In this document: piece after piece, positions 43,401 to 54,769 of the stretch
How positions within the stretch are numbered: position 1 is the first letter of the stretch
Layout: every line of letters begins with the position of its first letter
Origin: Chrysomallon squamiferum
Taxonomy: Eukaryota > Animalia > Mollusca
Length of the DNA stretch: 64,000 nt
Direction: 5' to 3'
NCBI GenBank assembly: GCA_012295275.1
Contig: CM022665.1
Coordinates: 30,070,001-30,134,000 of the forward strand
The notes under the pieces: generated by a model
What the model was told of the DNA's origin: nothing
The model's database searches: none
The model's input: the letters and a program-made list of their open reading frames with translations, nothing else
Made by a program: the position numbers and the translations under genes

Positions 43401-44711
43401 TATTTTATTTTATTATTATTTTTTATTTTTTATTTTTTTACAAGCTCTTGTATTCAAAATGGAGTATATGTTTTAAAGGTACAAACAAAAATTAAAAACA
43501 GTTTTGGGGCTGTTCTCCTATTTAGCTGATCTATAGCAAAGGTTATACGTTCTCACATAGACTGATAGAGAATGTGTGTGTATTTACATGCAGTACATAC
43601 ATGAATGCATATTATTTGCTTTTAATTGATAAACCTGTTAATAACACTAAATAGCAAACATATTTATATACTTTCTTGGATATTGTTAAATAGTAATGAT
43701 CTTGTAACAAAAATAACCAGTTTCCATTATATATAATAATATTGTTTTTATTTTCTCTTTAAATAGATCTTCACTAAAAAAAAAAATAAAAACATTTAAA
43801 ATTTAAATAACAAATTGTTTTTCATATAGGCCTGCATATTTGTTTTTCACTGAAAAAAACCCATTTAAATATAAATTACAATTATTCTTCATATATAATA
43901 AAATTAATATATTCATTCTCACTGGAGAAAACAACAGCTTTTAAATATAAATGACAATTATTCTTCATATACATATTCATTCTCACTGGGGAAAAAAACA
44001 ACATTTAAATATAAATAACAATTTTCTTCTCACACACACATATATTTGTTTTCATTGGAAAAAAATATCAAATTTCAAATAATGATTGTTTTTATATATA
44101 TATATTGTTTTTATATATATATATTGTTTTTTCCTTAATAATATCCCAGTAGGGGGAAAAAAAATTAAAATAGAATAAATAAAGAAAAAGAGACCCATAT
44201 GTTTTTCTTATTTTTACCTTTTCTCTGAATGATACTGCAAGTGAAGGTCTTTGAATTTAATCAACACAGAACAAACATCTAAAAACAAACCATCTTAAGC
44301 CTTGAAAACAAGACTCTGGCCTCGCATATTAACTCAAGCTTATAGGTCATATTTGTACATGGCTTTCTAGGCCAAATTTGTCGCAAGTTAGTTCCTTGAA
44401 TCCAAAAATGTTTTCACAGATATTTGTACATATTTAAAAAAATATGAAATAAAAATAGGGAGAATAAAAAAGAACAGGAAAGAAAAAAAAAAAGAGGTGA
44501 TGAAATCTTGGATTTGAAAAAAATAGTTTAATTAGAATTTTTTTTAAATTTTTAATTTTAATTTTTTTTTCTGTTCTTTGTTTTCTTCAGTACTGTGTAT
44601 TATATATAATTTGTCAAGAATTATATTTTGGGATGTTGAAGAAAACAAAATGGCTAAGAATGATTATAAAGTACAATTTTAAAAGCAAGCAGTTTTTTTT
44701 AAATTATTATT

Positions 44712-44750
<39 letters not shown>

Positions 44751-45588
44751 TAACTGGAAAAAGTTATGCATTATTCCCAAATTGTATTGGTTTTTTAGAT
44801 TTTTATTTTTGTTTGTTTTTTAGAATTTTGAACCTTTTCCACTATAATATTTATTTAATGTTAATATATATATTTCATTTATTATATTCATTACAATTTT
44901 AATCGCTGTTGATAAATGACTGAATCATGAATTTCCAGAACAAATTACACTGCATTCCTCTAATAAATTATCATTGCAAATTTTCCATAATGAATTACCT
45001 TACAGTTCAGTAGTGTATTACCCTGCAAGTCTGTTGTGTATTACCTGAACCCTTTTATAATAAATTACCATAGTAACATCTCAATAATGTATTGCTCTGC
45101 ATCCTTTCATGATAAATTTCCATAGCAACCTTTCATAATTAATTACCCTGCAAATATCAGTAATGTATTACCCTGCATCCTTTCATAATGCATTGGCATA
45201 GCACCCATTCTTAATAAATTACCATAGCAACCTTTCATAATGAATTATCCTGCAATTCTCAAAAATGCATTATCAGCCACTCCCTGACCTACTGGCCCAG
45301 CTTACCTATAAGACATTGACTCACATTAGAGATGTTACTTTTGTTGAGGTGAGTTCTTGTGTACTCTCAGTTAAAGATGAACTAACAAGGATATAACACA
45401 CAGATGTGATGAGAGAAGGAATTTTTGTTTTCTTTATTCTTCTATTAAGTCAGTGTTAGAAGTTTTCTTCATGTTATGTTGATTTAAAACAAATAAAACT
45501 AAATATTTTTTAAATGGTTTCATGAAAATCTATGTCTATAGCAGAAAGATCTGTCTTTGTTATCATCAACAATGTCTATACTGTCAAG

Positions 45589-45625
<37 letters not shown>

Positions 45626-46757
45626 CAGCAAAGGTAGTTTATAGATTTTATTTTCCATACTTAGAAAAGCATTTGTAATTTTTAATACATATGTTGGTTA
45701 ATTCATATACATCTCATGACATAAGAATTCTCACATCTTTTTTTGATATCATCAATCTAAAGCAGACATTGTCAGTTTTTTTGTTTTATTTTTTTTTTAA
45801 ATCATAATCATAGTTAGGCCTCTTTTTTTCTTTTTTTTTAGTTAATTTATTTTATTATTATTATTTTTTTAATACTTAATAAAAGATCATAATGTAGAAA
45901 CATGCTATATAATGTATTACCCTGCATGTTTTCATAACATGTTTCCAAAAATAATTAAAAAAAATAGCTAATGAAATTTTTTTTTTTTTTTTGTAATTGT
46001 CAACACTCCATCCTAATGAAAATGATTGTAGTGAATGCAGTCAACATTACAGTATGATAAATGATAAAAGGAGCTGACTTCTTTGAAAATCACATACTTT
46101 AATTTCTTTGCTAAAGATGAAACTTGATGTACTATTTCCCATTCCAAATGGTGGACCCTGACTTGTTTATCAGAGACTTTGGTCAGTGAGAACTTTACAG
46201 TGAATCAATATTTTTTTTTAAATAATTTCATGGAGTGACAATAGAGGGTGCCTTTTCTCATTCCACTGTCAGAGCAAAAATATTTTACTGCAAATAGCCT
46301 AGAAGAAAAATATTATTTTATTCATTCATATTAAAAGCTAAGGAAATTATATATAAAGAAAAATAGCTTTGATAACACATTTTTGATTTTATTTAATTTA
46401 ATTCTGGAACAAGTCAGAATCTAAAATATTATTAATTAAATAAAAGGATAGCCATTGTGTGTAAAAAAAACCAATGAAATATAATTTTAAATATGTATGA
46501 AATATATATTATTCTTCATTATATGTATCTGTACACATGTTTTTTTTTTTTTTTTTTCATAATAGTCAAATATATTTTTATTACATAATGTTGATATAAT
46601 ATCAAAACTACTTCATGGGAGGTGAGTATTCAATAACATCTGGTGTATCTTTTTTATTTTTTTAAATCAATGAAAATTGGTAATTTGTTTTGAAAAAATC
46701 ATACATTCAGTTTTAACTGTACAATACTGAATAAGTGCAAAATATTTTCTGTAATTT

Positions 46758-46791
<34 letters not shown>

Positions 46792-47306
46792 CATAAATTT
46801 CATATCACATAAACATGTTAATATCACATTGGCCTTTCAAACTCCTACCTAATGATTTTTAAGTTAATAAAATAAAAAATGTATAAGAAAGAAGAGATAT
46901 GTAGATGTATACTATATAGCTAAGAGTGAGAGAGAGGGTACCTTGAGGTTTGATCTAAATAGCTATCTTACCTCAGGTCTATTTTAACAGCTTCACCTAC
47001 CCCTTCCATGCACTAAAGATTTCAGTTTTTTAATTATTTAATTTATTTAGTTATTTAGAGGGAGAGAAATAGAACCAAAACTATGTGTAAGGTAATTAAT
47101 TATAATTTTACCAAGCAGTGATTGACTGTTCAAATAATAATTGAGAGATATATTGATGGTATAACAAGAAAAGTTTTATTTTTATTTTTATTAAAGTATT
47201 GTGTGTATGATATTTTATGTGTTTTACATAAACACACCCACTGAAAACTGAGAAATAATAAAAATAATAAACATGTACAGTAATAAATTTACTCAAGCTT
47301 CATAAA

Positions 47307-47345
<39 letters not shown>

Positions 47346-50300
47346 CATTTTAATATCTCAATTTATTTTCACTCCATTATTTAAAAAAGAAAAAAAGAAG
47401 GTGTGAACAAACTGAGATCAATACAAAGTGACAGGTAGTGAGTTTTTACACCACCACTTACAAACTGGCCTTCAAAACTGGGCTTGTCATCTGCAGAGAT
47501 AGTCTGCACTGGCCCAACAAATTCCCATTTAGTGCTACTGTTTGTTGTCAGCTGAGAGAAAATAGGAAACAGCATCAAGGTCGGGCTGCCTGTTTGTCTT
47601 TAAAGAATGTTTGTAAATACGCCAATTCTGTCTTGGTGGGAGTTGCCATGCCAGAGGTCGTTGGCCACTAGCTGAGTTTTCATGGCTACTTGGCATTGAC
47701 ACAGTGGCCTACTTGAATTTCTAGTCACTCACTTCCCAGTCTGACCAGCTGTAAGCAGACTTTATTTACTGCTGTCCCATGCTGGGAGGAACCCAGTGCG
47801 TGTGTCATATCACTCACTATATATCAGCCGACTGTGCAGTATATTACATCACACTGTCAAACCACTGTGTATAATATACACTGTGTTGCATCACTGTGTG
47901 TATAACAGTTATCTGCATTAGACATCAGTGCAGCAAACTGCAGTGTTTTGTTAACATTCACATTCTTTATACATTGTGTAACACTCTTACAGTATTGGGA
48001 GATAATACTTGTGACAGAATTATACAGTACTTTCATTTCTAAAAATTGTACTCAGAAACTCAAGATAGTGAGATATTATTTTGAATTAAAAGTAAAATAA
48101 TTCATTATTTAGCTGAAGAAAAATATTCTTTTACAGAAAAATACTTTGTTTTAGAAAAATAATATTTATTTCTGACTAGTTAGGTCTGTTAGAGAAAATG
48201 TTGATTCAGAATGGATACTGTGTTCAGACTAATGACTGTTATCAAGATACTCTACAAACTTCTACAAGAATGACTGATACATATTCCAGTGGAGATTTCT
48301 CTGTTAGGACATCCAGCTTTGTGCCAAGTGGCTACTTCTCCTGTCCGGCTCAGACAGTACATGAGTGTGGCTGTCCACACATTCCGGCCAAAGAAAGTCT
48401 CTTGTGTCAGATTCTCACTGGACAGGGCTACAGGAATGATATTTTGTGTTTTGGTCAAATGGTCAAGTTGGAAATGTTTCAAGATTTCCAGCTGCAGAGT
48501 TGCTGCTATTCAAATTATGCCATGTCTGACCCTTACAATACCTACCTGCCACGGTACTAGATAAAGGTAATGTAAGTTTCTACTCATCTTGTTAACTTTA
48601 CATCACTTTAAAAATGTCAGATACCATATATTGTTTTCTGTTTTCTCATTCTCTCCCTTTACCACCTTATATTTTCTTTCTCTCTGTCTCTGTGCGTGAC
48701 TCTCTCTCTCTATTTCTATACCTCTCTCCCTTAACCCTTTTCTGTTTTTTCTCTATCTCCATTTTTCTTTCTGTGTCTCAGTCATTTCAAATTTATTCAA
48801 ATTTTAATTATACATTTTCAAAACTATTTTTCTTAATCTGTTTCAGTTTCTCTCTTGTTTTTTTTTTCTCAAGTTTTCTGTGTAGAAAAATAAACTGGTT
48901 AAAAATACAACTTTCTCTCTGTCATAGTACATTTCTAAGTAAATATATTTAAATATATGCCAGACAAAGACTGATTTTCTAATTAGTTAAAAAAGATGTG
49001 TTACTACATTATATATAAAACTTTGTGTTCTGAATGCAGTTTCTGCAAATTTCATACAAATTGTCATTACTGTTTAAATTTGTAATTTGGTGTTTTCTGG
49101 ATGATGTCATTTCAAATAAAAAATTAAGAAACAACAGATTTTGGTCTTTTAATTAGTGGTGCTAGAGAACTGATATTTTGTAAATTTCTCACTCTGCACA
49201 ACATAATATTTTGTCACTTTATTTAGTTTTTTATTATTATTTCTTTTTTTGTGTTTTTTTTTTTTTTTTTTTTTCTGAATTATTCAGTAGAGTGATAAAA
49301 TGAATAGAAATTAGAACTCTTTGCCCTTAAAACCTATTGATTTCTTTCATGTTTAATTTATTTTATATGAGGTAGGACCTAATTATGTTCTAAGCCTGTT
49401 GATTTTTTAAAATTAAACTCGGATTCATGTAATTCTTCAAGATGGACATTACCTGCAAGTACCACCTGTGACAGCTTCCTAATTGATGAGCTGTTTTTTC
49501 AAAAACATATCAGGTAACATTCTGTCCTTCAAGTGGCAATTAGACATTACACCTGGTCACACCTGTAATATATTATCAAGTGTGGAGGTGTGTTTACGTG
49601 AAGAACATCAGTTCGCCTTTATATTCTTTCTTTTTTCTTTCTTTCTTTCTTTTTCTTTTCTTTTTCTTCTTTTTATTTTTTTTATTTTTTTTTAGGGTGT
49701 GAGGATTTTAGAGATATGTATTTGGTTATTAACAAAGTAGTATTTCTGGTGTGTTGGCACAGGACTTACCATTGATTAAAATGTGTCCTTACTCTTCAAT
49801 GAATCTGGCAAATGATAAACTAAATTTTAGTATTTATTCTGTGTTAGTGTTTGAGATATAAGTTTTTATAACAGTGCTATTTATTCTTAATATCTAACTG
49901 AATATTAGAAAGAAAAAATACTGTATGTAAGTGAAAGTTCATAATTTCTTGAAAGACATCATAATTTATTATCAGTGGTTATTAAGTGTCAGGTATGTGT
50001 TTTGTGTCACATGTGATATGAGACAGAAAATGATGTGTTTTACCAACAAGGAAGCACATACCACAGTTTTTTTGTGCAGTGAATATATTGAGAAAGACTG
50101 GTCTATTGATCTGTTTTATGTCAGTTCTGGATTCTAATAACTGAAACAACCCACACAATAACATTTTCTATATCTCTTTATTATTATTATTTAAAAAAAA
50201 AAAAAAAAAAAACTGTGCACTAAGAATTGATACTGCAGTCTACAGCACATCAAACCTGGATTCTGACTACAGAGCCACCTGATCTGAATGAAAAAATAAA

Positions 50301-50387
50301 ATAAAATAAAAATAATAAAAATAAAAAAATAATCTGAATAATTCTGGCAAAATGTGCTGGAAAACAAATTGTTATCAATAAAAAATT

Positions 50388-50455
<68 letters not shown>

Positions 50456-53103
50456 GTTTTACATAATCATTAAGTTTGTGTAGATAATAAACTTATAGAA
50501 TTATAAACATGTGTGGTGTAGATAATGTACTTGATTAAATGACATTGAATAAAGTAACCCAATGAGGGGTACTGTTATAACAGGATCAAGCTGTCGCATA
50601 CCAAACAGAAGTGACTCACTGTTCAATAATGTATTGACAACTAATCAGTCGAATTTCTTTTTTTTTTCTTTTTATTATTTGAATTTGATATCAGTTATTA
50701 TTTTTAATTAAATTATTTATTTATTTATATATTTATTTTGGAATTATTAATTAAAACAAGCAAACAAGGCATTTTCATACACTTTTAAAAATTAATAAAA
50801 ATTATAATTTGTTTTTCTTTTTAAAATTTTCTTTTTTCACTTTGTGTATGGAATTTGTTAAACATATTTTGCTGGTTTTGTGTATCTGTGTGTGTGTACT
50901 TGTATTTGAATTTTGATCAAGGGATTTTTATAATTGTATATTTGTAATCATTTTTCTTTTATCAACATCTTTGTTAATTATTTTCCAGCAAAATAATAAT
51001 TAGTAATAAACATTACTGTCTAATATGCTTGGGCCATTATTTCATACTGTAACAGAACATACTAGTTTACTCACAGAAGAATTATATTTGCATTCAACTT
51101 TATGTTTGGATTTTGGTACCAAGGCTGTTATATGTAATAAAATAAATATAATGACATCTCAGTATATTTTAAAATTAACTCTTGTTAGGTATTTACTATT
51201 TGTTCTTGAGGAAATGTTTTGCCAAAGTTCTGTGGACTATTCTTAATAGCAAAACTTAAATATTCTATTTCACTTAATACTGAGAAAAAATTCCAGTGTA
51301 ATTAAAATTTAAAAAACAACAACCAAATAAAAAAATAAAAGCAACCTCACCATATATAAAAAAAATACAAAAAACCAAACAACAAATAAATAAAACTATG
51401 AAGTGTGAATTAAATACTGAACTATGTTGCTGATAATATTGGTTTTGAAGACATATTTTACCACTTTGTAGTTTAAACATTTGTTATTTTAAACAATATA
51501 TGTAAATAAAATTTAAAAAAAATAAAATATATATGGTTTGTTCAGTTGATTTAAGAAAGATAAAAAACTTTACAAATTTGTTTTATCTGAAAACTTGTAA
51601 TCATAACAGAATTTTAAAAAAATTAAAATAAACATAAATATCAGTGAAAACATGGTTGCAAATAAAATAACTCAATAATAAACACATTAACTTTACGTAA
51701 AATTTAAAAAAAAATTTTTCCTCAATAACAGGTATTAATTGCAGCTTGGTCTTTCAAAATAGTTAAAAACAAATTATTTATTTTTAAATATATATTACTA
51801 AAATAAAAATATTCCACTAGAGTAACCAATACTTTTAAAATAGTTAATATGTAAATAAAAATTTTGAAACAAGAGTAACAGTTTAACCTATGACTCAGTC
51901 TTTTAAAGCTTTTTGTCGACGTGCAATAATTCGTTTCGAATTAAATAACAAATCAATAATCAGAGGTCTACTTGATCATTTTTTTTCTACATATTAATAA
52001 TTTTCTTATTCATTAATTCAAAATATTGTAGATAATATTTACTAAGAGAATAGCTTGTATATGAAAACAACAATTAATTATAAACTGGAAATATATTTGT
52101 GAAACTTATAAGTTTTAAAATTGTAAAAATTGTCTTTTACTCCAGTTTAATTACGCATTAACAGCAAAAAAATATTTTTTGGTAATAATAAATGTGTGTA
52201 TTTATATGCACCTACTTAACATGTGTTTGTACTAATTACCAAAATTACAATAAAATTTAGTCATGGGTGAATGAAAATTTGTGATAAACATGTGCATAGA
52301 GACAGTTTGAGGAGCACTAGTATAAATTACACGAAGACTCAGTTCAGTATGAAATGTGTATTCTTGAGTGAGCTGTTGGGTGTTATTTTTTTATTTTTTA
52401 TTTTTTATTTTTTTGTTGCAAATGTAATAAAAGTGATAATGCATATATTAGTAAAATGTAAAGGTGACTAAATATAAAGAATGTATTTAAATTAAAACAG
52501 TGACATGATTTTTGTGAATACACTGTTTGTGCACATTACCCAAGTAAGGATGGCAGAAAATGTTTTGTTGGTGATGCACTCAGAACATTTTATTTACATT
52601 TATGTGGCACTGGACATATTGTTAAAAACCAATCAGTTAATGAGAGGAAAACAATTTCTGCCATTTTATGTTCTACTCTTCAGCAGCAAAAGACTTATAA
52701 TATTTTTTATGATCTGCAACAGAACAGTACATACAATAACCCTTGTTGTAGCAGTTGTGGAACACTGGCTGGAACAAGAAATTGTTCAGTAGGTCAACCA
52801 AGAGAAATTGTTCCAATGACCCACTGCATCTTAAGCAGACAATATGCCACTGAGATATGCCCTTCTTTTCATTACCTTAGAAGTATCAGTGACATTTTCT
52901 TTTAAACATTTTTTACATTGTAAATTATGATTCATAAAGGTAAGTGCACTGGCAATAAATTGGTTGAAAAATAATTAGATGGATATTCAAAAATTTTTTC
53001 TTTTTCTTTTCAGGGCTCGTTCTCAAGAACTGGTTTCAACTTCAAGGTTTATTTCCCTGCCAACAGAGAGATTCAGGACAGCAAGATACAGGATGAAAGT
53101 TAA
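22607..53103 (+). CDS. POLE2: DNA polymerase epsilon subunit 2 (B subunit), 15 exons, 526 aa
   Basis: Exons 22607-22671, 23126-23226, 23723-23798, 24207-24284, 26432-26525, 27043-27117, 28468-28551, 28945-29001, 29415-29536, 30131-30272, 30715-30835, 31240-31354, 31810-31993, 32428-32604 and 53014-53103 total 1581 nt in frame. Motifs match human POLE2: [88 protein letters not shown]|[15 protein letters not shown]. Confidence 0.97.
24350..25878 (+). mobile_element. Degenerate hAT (Charlie/Buster, SPIN/GTF2IRD2-like) transposon in POLE2 intron 4
   Basis: Termini CAGGTATGTCCAAA... and ...TTTGACACCCATTG. Remnant [18 protein letters not shown]...[26 protein letters not shown] (Zn finger) and C-terminal dimerisation motif [17 protein letters not shown]...RTRLSD. 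Many stops and deletions; no intact 8-bp TSD. Confidence 0.9.
28552..28944 (+). other. GC-AG intron (POLE2 intron 7)
   Basis: Protein continuity TQLKE|GKWFLEDP requires the donor GAG|GCAGGC. No in-phase GT is available before a stop. Confidence 0.75.
29002..29414 (+). other. U12-type (minor spliceosome) GT-AG intron (POLE2 intron 8)
   Basis: Donor GTATCCTTA matches RTATCCTT. A branch-like TTTTCCTAAAT lies at ~29395-29405, about 10 nt before the AG, and there is no polypyrimidine tract. Confidence 0.9.
34430..34645. repeat. Degenerate (AGT)n microsatellite
   Basis: Runs of agtagt/agtaat/agtggt. Confidence 0.75.
34849..37245 (+). mobile_element. Internally deleted Sola2-like DNA transposon with ~680-bp TIRs
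   Basis: Termini GGGTCATTCCGTGTCAAATCACCCAA / TTGGGTGATTTGACACGGAATGACCC with a 4-bp TSD CTTT on both sides. Near-identical arms ~34849-35529 and ~36573-37245. Internal remnants CCDLLNRH...LR...[11 protein letters not shown] and [17 protein letters not shown] resemble Sola2 transposase N-termini. Confidence 0.88.
38853..40820. repeat. Dispersed ~200-bp direct duplication (copies ~38853-39063 and ~40663-40818)
   Basis: Both copies share 'agtttttgaaagaagta.taagattttt...ttccagtaatggg...attgttggtatatggtgaacatgttttcttaa...attcattattatttaa'. Confidence 0.8.
40829..41294. mobile_element. ~466-bp MITE with 24-bp TIRs (Tc1/mariner-like)
   Basis: CTGTTGACTATTGATTTTATGGAC ... GTCCATAAAATCAGGGGTCAACAG. 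The right flank is TA and the left flank is TT. Confidence 0.75.
43835..44075. repeat. Degenerate ~60-75-bp tandem repeat
   Basis: Three to four copies of 'cactg(g)..aaaa..tttaaatataaat.acaatt.ttcttc'. Confidence 0.7.
44925..45275. repeat. Degenerate ~22-24-bp minisatellite
   Basis: Repeated 'ctttcataat(g/a)aattaccatagcaa' and 'taatgtattaccctgca' units. Confidence 0.75.
47420..47850 (+). promoter_or_regulatory. Putative promoter of the nested small gene
   Basis: Locally GC-richer island with TCAAGGTCG (47575-47583), TGGCCTTCA (47466-47474), CAGCTG E-boxes and TATATAT at 47818-47824, about 380 nt upstream of the ATG at 48198. Confidence 0.5.
48198..48560 (+). CDS. Uncharacterised 120-aa protein nested on the same strand in the last POLE2 intron
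   Basis: AAAATG start and 120 open codons with balanced, non-repetitive composition in a region otherwise full of stops. Motif [14 protein letters not shown]; splice donor AAG|GTAATG 6 nt after the TAG. No family recognised. Confidence 0.6.
   Translation: MLIQNGYCVQTNDCYQDTLQTSTRMTDTYSSGDFSVRTSSFVPSGYFSCPAQTVHECGCPHIPAKESLLCQILTGQGYRNDILCFGQMVKLEMFQDFQLQSCCYSNYAMSDPYNTYLPRY
49445..49600. promoter_or_regulatory. Candidate enhancer: CACCTG/CAGGTA/TCAAGTG cluster
   Basis: CACCTG at 49463, 49550 and 49560; TACCTG at 49450; CAGGTA at 49511; CAAGTG at 49530 and 49577. Confidence 0.4.
52555..52865 (-). mobile_element. Degenerate tRNA-derived SINE (MetaSINE-like)
   Basis: Segments 'gcactca..acattttatttac', 'cagcaaaagact', 'gcagttgtggaacactggctggaacaagaaat' and 'ccactgag.tatgccc' resemble the reverse complement of abundant gastropod SINEs (recognised from memory). 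Confidence 0.55.
53014..53103 (+). CDS. POLE2: POLE2 terminal coding exon, 20.4 kb downstream of the previous exon
   Basis: Strong polypyrimidine tract + CAG, then [29 protein letters not shown], matching human [28 protein letters not shown]. Confidence 0.95.
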   Translation, partial: GSFSRTGFNFKVYFPANREIQDSKIQDES

Positions 53104-53400
53104 CTGATAAATTATTAAAAATGAAAATTTAAATTCTTGTATAAACATATTTTAAATACTAAAACACCAAATTTTTGAGTCGTTTACACACAGTTTAGGT
53201 AATGAGGCTATTTTTAATATAAATTATCACTTTTCATATCCCATTGGATACTTTAAGAATTATTTATGTCATTAGTTTTTTTATTGCTTAATTTATTAAT
53301 ATAATTATCATTTTAAATTAAAATTTTAATTATCTCTATTAAAAAAAAAAAAGATGATTGTTTCTGGAACATGTTTTATGCTCCTATGTTCTTTTACAAT

Positions 53401-53406
53401 AATAAA
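53401..53406 (+). terminator. Probable POLE2 polyadenylation signal
   Basis: AATAAA about 300 nt after the stop, followed by T-rich sequence. Confidence 0.45.
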
Positions 53407-53483
53407 TTATTTCTATTTGATTTTCTGATTTTGATTTTGATTTTTTTATTATTTACTAACTATTCTGATTGGAGCAGACTTAC

Positions 53484-53514
<31 letters not shown>

Positions 53515-53694
53515 ATAATAATATGTAAGACTACAAAACAATAATTAAATTAAAAGTATGCATAATTAAAGTGACATAGCATACATGATGGAGCATTACA
53601 CTCTCATACTGAGAGTAAAAACTAAATTTTTGAGCTTTTAAACATTTTCTGTTTTCATGTCTGTTACTCTAGCTGATCTTCATTTGAACATCAG

Positions 53695-53960
53695 TTTTAG
53701 AACATTTCTGAATGAATTATTCTAATCTGGTTAAAAAGCAAATATTTATTTATGCCATCTATTTATAATCTGTGTTTGTACATGTTATATATACATATTC
53801 CAAAAAGCTTACTGATTTTGTTTTTCATTATTGTAATATGTTTTACAGAATTTGTTCTAAATGAAATATTTTAATCTGTTTTAAAAGGAAATATTTATTT
53901 ATACCATATATTTATAATATGTTTGTGTACATGTTATTTATATATTCCAAAGAAATTAAT
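53695..53960. repeat. ~148-bp tandem duplication
   Basis: Two copies of 'aaatatttatttat.ccat.tatttataat.tgt...tgtacatgttat...tattccaaa'. Confidence 0.75.
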
Positions 53961-54525
53961 GATATGACCAATACTGAAATTTTGAAAAAAGGTGATGAAA
54001 TTTTGCTTCTTTAATATTTAAATTATTTTTGAATTTATAATTCATTGTATATAGATATATTTTTTTTATTTTGTGTCAGATTAGATGCTAAAGTATGTTT
54101 TTTTTTTTTTTTTCAAATTAAATTTTTATTATTATTATTATTTATTTTTATTTTTATTTTTTTTTTTTTTTTATTATGATGGTACTCTGTTATTTATGTA
54201 TTTTATTTTTAAATATGCTTGGGAAATTGTGACATCTTCACTATATGTTAATAAAAATATTTCTTTCCACTTTTGTTTTTTTGTTTTATATTATTTCATA
54301 AGAAATAAATCAGTTAGCTTCTTAATAAGTATCATCTAAGTTTAACCTGATAATTTTTAAATTATTGTGAGTTCAGTGGAATTTAACAGTATTTGGCTGA
54401 AATGTGAAAAAAAGCTGACAAGCACTGATTTAGAGTATTGAATTTTAAGTGATTGAAAGTAGTTGAAGCAGAAAATTATGAAGTCTCCGTTTATCAGCCT
54501 ACGAGTCATACTTGTGTAACTAATG

Positions 54526-54565
<40 letters not shown>

Positions 54566-54769
54566 TGAACAGTTTGGTTCAAGAAAAACAAGTTTTAAAA
54601 ATTCAGTTCAGTTTCTTGATGACAATAAGTTACGCACCTACACCAAATTCAGTATATATTTAGGAAGGAAATTATTTTCATTATATATATATAACAATAA
54701 AAACTATATTCATACATAAAACAAAATATATATATAGTGTTACAAACTGTCATGACCCAAAACTAAATA

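Noticed and set aside
47438-47671. 77-aa ORF upstream of the nested gene
   Set aside because: GTG start, no motif and no convincing splice sites; better explained as the GC-richer promoter island.
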